From contig JBBIUY010000009.1 of NCBI GenBank assembly GCA_037440005.1, forward strand, positions 1-64,000: DNA of 64,000 bases. The letters are read 5' to 3'. The notes beneath the pieces are model-generated. The model made no database searches. It saw only the letters and a program-made list of their open reading frames with translations, and was not told the DNA's origin. Of the stretch, positions 58,385 through 64,000 are shown piece after piece (the stretch's first letter is position 1; every line of letters begins with the position of its first letter). Made by a program: the position numbers and the translations under genes. This stretch comes from Armatimonadota bacterium. Lineage in GTDB: Bacteria > Sysuimicrobiota > Sysuimicrobiia > Sysuimicrobiales > Kaftiobacteriaceae.

Positions 58385-58981
58385 CTATCCCACGGCGGCC
58401 GGCCAGGCGCGGCTGCCCGGCTTGACCAGGAGGACGCCCGCGCGGCACAGGTCGCACAGGGAGGGGATGTACGCCGGAGCCTCGACGGCCGCCAGGGCCT
58501 CAAACGGGCAGTCAAAGCGGAGCGGGCCCGCGCTGCGGTCTACGATGGCGCCCACCCCCACCACCACCCCGCCAAGCCGCTCCACCAGGCGCTTGACCTC
58601 CCGGGTGGCGGCGCCGGTGGTCACCACGTCCTCCACCACCAGCACCCGTTCGCCGGGGGCGATGGCAAACGAGCGCCGCAGCTCGAACCTGCCCTCCACC
58701 CGCTCGGCGAACACCGCCCGGGCACCCAGCGCGCGCGCCACCTCGTGGGCGATGATCATCCCGCCGTAGGCCGGCCCGATCACCACCTGAGGGCTGCGGG
58801 CGCGGAACCGGTCGGCCAGAGCCGCCCCCACCCGCGCGGCGTGCTCGGGGTACTGGAGCAGCAGCGCGCACTGGACGTACTGGGAGCTGTGCATGCCCGA
58901 ACTGAGGAGGAAGTGGCCGGTCTGGAACGCGCCGGTCTGCTGCAGGAGGGCGATCACCTCATCGGCACGCATCGGCACCAC
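58385..58981 (-). CDS. pyrE: Orotate phosphoribosyltransferase
   Basis: GHFLLSSGMHS..YVQC, GPAYGG, FAER, VVEDVVTTG. Start may be ATG 58972. Confidence 0.94.
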   Translation of the reverse strand: MVPMRADEVIALLQQTGAFQTGHFLLSSGMHSSQYVQCALLLQYPEHAARVGAALADRFRARSPQVVIGPAYGGMIIAHEVARALGARAVFAERVEGRFELRRSFAIAPGERVLVVEDVVTTGAATREVKRLVERLGGVVVGVGAIVDRSAGPLRFDCPFEALAAVEAPAYIPSLCDLCRAGVLLVKPGSRAWPAAVG

Positions 58982-58990
58982 CCCGTCCGC

Positions 58991-59830
58991 TTATTGCTTT
59001 CGCGGCGGGCCCGGAGGGTCCTGGCGCGCCGCGGCCTCCATCTCCGCCAGGATGCGGATCGCGGCGGCGTGGGGGTCGGGGGCGGCGATGATCGGCCTGC
59101 CCACCACGAGATAGTCGGCGCCGGCGCGGACTGCCTCCGCCGGGGTGGCGGTGCGGCGTTGATCTGCGGCACGGTCGCCGGCGGGACGGATCCCCGGCGT
59201 CACCACGATGAACTCGTCCCCGCACGCGCGTTTGATCTCCGGGACCTCGGAGACGGCGGCGACGACGCCGTCCAGCCCGCACTCCCGCGCCAGGACTGCG
59301 GATTCCACCACGTGTCGCGCGACGTCCGGCGCGCCCGGCTCGCTGGTCAGCCGCGTCACCCCCACCAGCAGCGGACGACAGAAGGGGTCTGACCCCTTTT
59401 TCCGTCCCGGGCGGATGGAGGGGTCTGACCCCTTTTTCCGGCGCTGGAGGGAGCGGTCGCGCGCACGCACCGCGGCCACCAGCGCCTCCCGCCCGGCCGC
59501 CACGTGCACGGTCAGCAGGTCCACTCCCAGCTGTACCGCCGCCTCCACGGCGGACGCGACGGTGCGGGGGATGTCGTGGAACTTCAGGTCCAGGAAGACC
59601 CGCCCCCCGCGGCCCCGGACCGCCTGGACCGCCGGCGGGCCGGCGGCGGTGAACAGCGCGGATCCGACCTTGAACCAGGACACGCGCCCGCGCAGGGCCT
59701 CCACCAGGTCCACGGCCTCGGCCAGGGTGGGGAGGTCCAGGGCGACCACGAGCACGGGAATGCGGACACGGGAGATCGCGGGAATGCGGCCCGGCGCGTG
59801 AGAGTCGGACGGCAACCTATTCACGTCCAC
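58991..59830 (-). CDS. pyrF: Orotidine-5'-phosphate decarboxylase carrying an in-frame repeat insertion (start uncertain)
   Basis: VALD, FKVG, FLDLKFHDIP.TV, VT.LTS, VTPGIR, DQRR, VVGRPI. Confidence 0.93.
   Translation of the reverse strand: MDVNRLPSDSHAPGRIPAISRVRIPVLVVALDLPTLAEAVDLVEALRGRVSWFKVGSALFTAAGPPAVQAVRGRGGRVFLDLKFHDIPRTVASAVEAAVQLGVDLLTVHVAAGREALVAAVRARDRSLQRRKKGSDPSIRPGRKKGSDPFCRPLLVGVTRLTSEPGAPDVARHVVESAVLARECGLDGVVAAVSEVPEIKRACGDEFIVVTPGIRPAGDRAADQRRTATPAEAVRAGADYLVVGRPIIAAPDPHAAAIRILAEMEAAARQDPPGPPRKQ
59383..59440. repeat. Two identical 22-nt palindromic REP-like copies inside pyrF
   Basis: AGGGGTCTGACCCCTTTTTCCG at 59383-59404 and 59419-59440 (36-nt period), encoding RKKGSDP twice. 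Confidence 0.9.
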
Positions 59831-60785
59831 CGTCGGAGACCTCCAGCGAGCCGATCACCTGGGCCACGTCGGCCAGGCCCTGGGCGACCAGGTAGCGTTC
59901 CAGCCCCTGGCGGATCGTGGCCGGGGCGGCGGGGTCGTCCAGGACGGCCGAGCCCACCGCCACCGCCCGGGCGCCGGCGATCAGGAACTCCAGCGCGTCC
60001 TCGGCGGTGGCGATGCCGCCCATGCCGATCATAGGAATCCGGCAGGCGCGGGCCACCTCCCAGACCACGCGCACCGCCAGCGGCCGGATGGCCGGACCCG
60101 ACAGGCCCCCGGTGACGCCTCCCAGAGCCGGCCGGCGGGTGGAGACGTCAACGACCATGCCCAGCACGGTGTTGACCGCGGACAGGGCGTCGGCCCCCGC
60201 CCCTTCTGCCGCCCGGGCGATGGCGACCACGTCGGTGACGTTGGGCGTCAGCTTCACCAGCAGCGGACCGGGAAAGACGCGGCGCACGGCGGCCACCAGC
60301 TCGGCCGTCAGGCCGGGGTCCGTCCCGAAGACCAGGCCCCGCGCCACGTTGGGACAGGAGACATTGAGCTCGACGCCCGCCACCCCGTCCTCGTCGGCGA
60401 GCCACCGCGCCATCGTCACGTACTCGTCCACGGACTCGCCGGCCAGGCTGACGATGAGAGGGATCCCCAGGGTGCGCAGGAACGGCAGCTCCTTGCTCAC
60501 AAAGCCGGCCAGGCCCGGGTTGGGCAGGCCCAGGGAGTTCAGCCATCCGGCCTCGGTGCGGACCACCTGCGGGCGGGGGTTGCCCGCGCGCGGTTCCAAG
60601 GTGACGGATTTGGTGATCAGGCCCGCGAACGACCGCAAATCCACGGTGGTCTGGACTTCGCGGCCGAAGCCCAGCGGCCCGGGAGCCGCCAGGACGGGGT
60701 GGGCGAACCGGATGCCGGCGACCTCGACGGCCAGGGACGGAGGGGATCCGACGCGCCCGTGGTCCTGTGTGTCTTTCTCTCGCAT
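59817..60785 (-). CDS. pyrD: Dihydroorotate dehydrogenase, family 1 catalytic subunit
   Basis: TKSVT.EPR.GNP, NSLGL.NPG, ELNVSCPN, VKLTPNVTD, NTV, GGLSGPAI, GMGGI. Confidence 0.93.
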   Translation of the reverse strand: MREKDTQDHGRVGSPPSLAVEVAGIRFAHPVLAAPGPLGFGREVQTTVDLRSFAGLITKSVTLEPRAGNPRPQVVRTEAGWLNSLGLPNPGLAGFVSKELPFLRTLGIPLIVSLAGESVDEYVTMARWLADEDGVAGVELNVSCPNVARGLVFGTDPGLTAELVAAVRRVFPGPLLVKLTPNVTDVVAIARAAEGAGADALSAVNTVLGMVVDVSTRRPALGGVTGGLSGPAIRPLAVRVVWEVARACRIPMIGMGGIATAEDALEFLIAGARAVAVGSAVLDDPAAPATIRQGLERYLVAQGLADVAQVIGSLEVSDGGRE

Positions 60786-60786
60786 G

Positions 60787-60818
60787 CCTTCCCGGCCTCG
60801 CGGGACCGGCTTAAAGGA
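60787..60818 (-). promoter_or_regulatory. PyrR-binding RNA element overlapping the pyrD ribosome-binding region
   Basis: Minus strand UCCUUUAA-GCCG-GUCCCGCGAGG-CCGG-GAAGG; extended -10 TG-C-TACAGT at 60841-60833. Confidence 0.75.
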
Positions 60819-60883
60819 CACCGCCTGCGAGCACTGTAGCACAGTTTGCGGCGCACCGAAAGGGCTGGCGCCGCCGCGACGAC

Positions 60884-61076
60884 ATTTGGGGTCATCTCTG
60901 CAAGCGCGGCGCCTGTCAACCCCCCGGTGACCGGTACCCGGGATCTTGAGCCGTTCTCGTCGGAGTCATTGGAGGGGGGAATTTGGGGTCAAACCCCTAA
61001 TGTCGGTTCGTGTCCCCTGTCTGTGTGACACTACACCGGGGATGGGCGGAAATTGGGGTCAGACGCTCTATGTTGG
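60884..61076. repeat. Three degenerate GGGGTCAGACCCC-type REP copies in the pyrD/OMP intergenic region
   Basis: ATTTGGGGTCATCTC (60884), AATTTGGGGTCAAACCCCTAATGTCGG (60980), AAATTGGGGTCAGACGCTCTATGTTGG (61050). Confidence 0.65.
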
Positions 61077-61198
61077 TGTCGTGGGCGGGTGCTGCGCGCG
61101 GCGGAGGAAACGGGGGGTTGTCGTCTAATTCCTGGGGCCAAGAGGGCATACGTTCTCGCGCACGGTCAATCCTGCCCCTGAAGGAGGGAGCGGTCACG

Positions 61199-61750
61199 AT
61201 GATGCGATCATCCGTCGTCGCCCTCGTCGTCGCTGTGGCTCTGGGTATCGGCGTGTGGGTGCCGGCGCCGGCTGAGGCGCAGCTGGCCAGCCAGCGGGGC
61301 AACTCGGTCAGCGCGCGGCTGGTGAGCATCGGCGGCACCACCGACTGGGTGCTGGGGGTCGCCTACCGGATCAACCCCACGCTGGACGCGGCGTTCGCCT
61401 ACAGCACCATCCCACCCTTTGACAGCGAGATTGACCTGGGGGTCCGGCTGCACTTCCCCGCCCGGACGCCGGGGATCGACCCGTTTGTGGAGGCGGGGAT
61501 CGCCTTCACCACCCTGGCGGGCACCAGCGGGTCGGGCGTTTTCATCCAGGCGGGTGCGGCCCTGACCCTGGCCCCCCGGTGGACCGGCCTGGCCTCCATC
61601 CACTACGTCTCGTCGTCGGGCACCACGGCGACCATCTACGACGTGGGGGTGCAGTACCAGTTCACCAGCCAGACCTCGGGCGTGCTGGGCTTCATGGGCT
61701 CCAGCGCCGGCAACGGGGTGTACGTGGGGGTGAGCTTCAACCTCCGGTAG
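61199..61750 (+). CDS. Small outer-membrane beta-barrel protein (putative)
   Basis: AAGGAGG RBS, signal peptide ending AEA, alternating amphipathic strands, C-terminal VYVGVSFNLR. Confidence 0.7.
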   Translation: MMRSSVVALVVAVALGIGVWVPAPAEAQLASQRGNSVSARLVSIGGTTDWVLGVAYRINPTLDAAFAYSTIPPFDSEIDLGVRLHFPARTPGIDPFVEAGIAFTTLAGTSGSGVFIQAGAALTLAPRWTGLASIHYVSSSGTTATIYDVGVQYQFTSQTSGVLGFMGSSAGNGVYVGVSFNLR

Positions 61751-61767
61751 GAGGGTCGTCCGACGGT

Positions 61768-61800
61768 GGCGGGGAGGCGGGCAGCGCCCGCTTCCCCGCC
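61768..61800. terminator. Stem-loop between convergent genes
   Basis: GGCGGGGAGGCGGGC, loop AGC, GCCCGCTTCCCCGCC. Confidence 0.65.
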
Positions 61801-61820
61801 GTGTCTGTGCAGGGCTTCCG

Positions 61821-62177
61821 CTACAGCAGGTACAGCTCGGCCGGCACCAGGCGTCTGTTGACGGGGTCGGCGGCCAGGCCGAAGGACTCCAGGGTCACCG
61901 CTCCCAGCAGAGCGGGGACTCCCTCATCGCCCACCACGCAGACGGTCGGACGGGTGCGGCCTCCCAGCCGCACTGTGACGACGGCGACCTCCCGCGCGAC
62001 CCTGCGGCCGTCTGCGAGTGTAAACTCCTGCTGTTCGATGGGCCGGACGCCCAGCCGGGACAGCAGTGAACGGGGAAACTGGCTGAAGGTCGCGCCGGTG
62101 TCTACGACCGCTTCGACCGGCTCAAAGGGGCCGGCGTCCGAGGGGCCGATTTCAACCACCTGACGGAAGGTGCCCAT
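61821..62177 (-). CDS. Retropepsin-like (clan AA) aspartic protease
   Basis: VVDTGAT catalytic motif, LADGR flap, LLG..TLE..GL..DP; TG-C-TATCCT extended -10 at 62201-62193. Confidence 0.85.
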   Translation of the reverse strand: MGTFRQVVEIGPSDAGPFEPVEAVVDTGATFSQFPRSLLSRLGVRPIEQQEFTLADGRRVAREVAVVTVRLGGRTRPTVCVVGDEGVPALLGAVTLESFGLAADPVNRRLVPAELYLL

Positions 62178-62235
62178 CCTGCCACCGAGGCGAGGATAGC
62201 ACGCCCGCCCCTCTGCCCTCCAGCCGCAGGGCCTG

Positions 62236-62496
62236 TCACCCTGAGGCCTTTCGCACGATAATCCACTGGCCGTTTTCGAACTTGACCAGGTCGCCGACCT
62301 GGACCTGGCGGTAGAAATCCCAGGGGACGATGTATTCGGTGGCCTGAATGACGATGGCGGGCTGGCCGGCGCCCATGCCGACGCTGACGATGTACTTGTC
62401 CTCTACGAACCCGACGACGGGCCCGCGGTCCTCCTGCTCGCAGGAGGGAACCTGGGCGATCACGGCCAGCAGGACAAGGGCCATCAGGACTTTCAC
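62236..62496 (-). CDS. Small exported protein, possibly a lipoprotein
   Basis: AAGGAGGAG RBS; MKVLMALVLLAVIAQVPSC signal-like N-terminus; beta-rich mature part. Confidence 0.7.
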   Translation of the reverse strand: MKVLMALVLLAVIAQVPSCEQEDRGPVVGFVEDKYIVSVGMGAGQPAIVIQATEYIVPWDFYRQVQVGDLVKFENGQWIIVRKASG

Positions 62497-62525
62497 GGTA
62501 TCTCCTCCTTCTTCATGGTTTCTCG

Positions 62526-63069
62526 CCCCCTCACCCTAACCCTCTCCCCCGGCGGGGGCGAGGGAAGGAGGGCAGCGGGGATCTGGTGCCCCCTCACCCT
62601 GACCCTCTCCCCCGGCAGGGGGAGAGGGAAGGAGGTCTCGTCGGCTGCCGGGGCCGCGTGGGAAGATGGGCTAACCCTCTCCCCCTTGCGGGGGGAGAGG
62701 GAAGGCCGATGGCCGCGGCAAGGGCGTCTAGCGGGATCTCTCGCCCTTGCGGGGAGAGGGAAGGAGTTCGGGGGCTGGCACCCCCTCGCCCTCTTCGCCG
62801 TGGGGGCCAGGGAAGAGTCATCAGTCCCCTCGCCCTATCACTGATCCCCCTTACGGGGGAGGGGGACGCTTGTTCATGGGGGAGACGGGCAAAATGCCTG
62901 TCAGGCGGCGAGGAAAGGAGGGCAGCGGGGATCTGGTACCCCCTCACCCTGACCCTCTCCCCCCTGCAGGGGGAGAGGGAAGGGCCAGTTCCGCCTCGCG
63001 GGCCCGGATCCGGTCCTCTCCCCCCTGCAGGGGGAGAGGGAAGAGGGCCTGCGCGGGAGAGGGAAGAGG
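62526..63069. repeat. Cluster of about 8-9 palindromic repeats, CCCCTCACCCT(A/G)[28 protein letters not shown]
   Basis: Copies start near 62526, 62589, 62671, 62738, 62781, 62826, 62939 and 63015; 62557-62632 and 62907-62983 form a near-identical direct repeat. Confidence 0.85.
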
Positions 63070-63165
63070 AGCTGCGAAGGGAGGGAAAAGGACTTGTGGA
63101 AGAGAGGGTCCGCCGGCGTCTCGCTGCGGGTGTGGCTGTCGCCGGAACCGCAGGTCGTCCGGACC

Positions 63166-63206
63166 AAAGAACAAGGGCCCGGAGGGAGAGATTTCCCTCC
63201 GGGCCC
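63166..63206 (-). terminator. Intrinsic terminator of the right-edge outer-membrane protein gene
   Basis: GGGCCCGGAGGGA/TCCCTCCGGGCCC 13-bp stem followed on the minus strand by TTGTTCTTT. Confidence 0.8.
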
Positions 63207-63220
63207 GACTGCGAGACAGG

Positions 63221-64000
63221 CTACCAGCGGTAGGTCAGGTACGCTGCGTAGCCGGTGTCAGTCGCCTGTCCGGTGCTGGAGATGTACTCCAGGCCGAAGG
63301 TGGTGTTGGCGGCCAGGCTGTACTCGGCGCCGGCCAGCCACACAGTGTAGCTGATAGAGGTGGGGTTGTCCGTCCCGGACTCGTAGGCGGCCTTGACGGT
63401 CAGCTTGTCGCTGACCTTCAGGCTGAGGTCCGCCCCGAAGGCCGTGACCTGGTTGAGCTCGTAGCCCTTCCAGAAGCCGCCCAGGGAGTAGATGGCGGTG
63501 TCCTGGTAGGGGTAGGTGGCCCCATAGGCCTTGTACCAGACGTTGGCCTTCGGCGACCACTGGGCCATGCCCAGGGCAGACAGGTCAATGCCCAGGGTGG
63601 CGGTCCAGGCCGTGGCCCCCGCCAGGCTGGCGTACTCGCCCGAGAGGCTGAAGCCGGGGAACAGGTCTCCGCTGAAGTCCACGCTCCACCCGCTCCGCAG
63701 CTCGGTGCCGGTGTTCTCGTAGTCCCGGTCGGACCGGTAGTTGGCGCCGAACGACCACCCGGCCAGGCTGGTGCTCACCCGGGCCGCGTAGGTGAACGTG
63801 TTGGCGGTCGAGGCGTTGTAGTAGCCCAGAGCGGTCCAGGAGAATCCGGCCAGCGAGCCGCTGGCCCGCACGCCGTTGCGGGCTCCGCTGGTCTCCGCCG
63901 ACGACAGCAGGATGCCGTTGGCGAACGACCAGTAGTCGCGGCCCACGCGGAAACTGATCCCCCACGGCGACGACCAGTCGAAGTACACCCGGTCGAAGTC
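63221..64000 (-). CDS. Outer-membrane beta-barrel/porin-like envelope protein, C-terminal part (5' end beyond the window)
   Basis: Open frame to the window edge; Gly/Ser/Tyr/Trp-rich amphipathic strands; terminal AAYLTYRW beta-signal. Confidence 0.7.
   Translation of the reverse strand, partial: DFDRVYFDWSSPWGISFRVGRDYWSFANGILLSSAETSGARNGVRASGSLAGFSWTALGYYNASTANTFTYAARVSTSLAGWSFGANYRSDRDYENTGTELRSGWSVDFSGDLFPGFSLSGEYASLAGATAWTATLGIDLSALGMAQWSPKANVWYKAYGATYPYQDTAIYSLGGFWKGYELNQVTAFGADLSLKVSDKLTVKAAYESGTDNPTSISYTVWLAGAEYSLAANTTFGLEYISSTGQATDTGYAAYLTYRW

Noticed and set aside
62526..63069. CRISPR array
   Set aside because: Repeats vary in length and sequence, spacing is irregular, one spacer is duplicated with its flanks, and no cas genes are in the window. 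Kept as a REP-like cluster.
62515..63354. ORFs translated across the palindrome cluster (PLTLTLSP peptides)
   Set aside because: They are translations of the repeats in several frames, without RBS or coding-like composition.

Overview
A very GC-rich, gene-dense bacterial chromosome segment with almost all genes on the minus strand. The beta-barrel outer-membrane proteins, TtuA and Firmicutes-like gene order suggest a thermophilic diderm Terrabacterium such as Armatimonadota/CSP1-3; this is inference only. Left to right it holds: the 5' end of tuf with tRNA-Thr, a tRNA-Gly/Cys/Leu cluster, folE-folP, an orphan ABC ATPase coupled to a Phd-antitoxin/Ogt fusion, uvrC-aminotransferase-uvrA-uvrB-coaE-polA, tRNA-Leu, a TtuB-TtuA fusion, an FAD oxidoreductase, DUF881, dnaE, gabT, an RlmD-like protein, gatBAC, a ~21 kb block of peptide ABC transporters (4 binding proteins, 4 permease pairs, 2 ATPase pairs) with an HTH_17 regulator, pcrA, a REP-associated tyrosine transposase (RAYT), guaA-guaB3-hpt, pyrEFD, and an accessory end with two beta-barrel proteins, a retropepsin and a palindromic repeat cluster. 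The most notable observations are: (1) the Phd-Ogt fusion with its own promoter and a candidate operator; (2) a ubiquitin-like sulfur carrier fused through its C-terminal GG to TtuA; (3) an RlmD homolog that has lost all catalytic and SAM motifs but keeps its Fe-S motif; (4) a RAYT with dispersed GGGGTCAGACCCC-type REPs, two of them inserted in frame inside pyrF; (5) unusual active-site residues in Pol I and CoaE; (6) probable CTG starts for gatA and hpt; (7) Bacillus-type PurR and PyrR cis-sites; (8) mirror-image 7/8-mer repeat elements at consecutive gene junctions. All calls come from reading the sequence by eye; no database searches were run.
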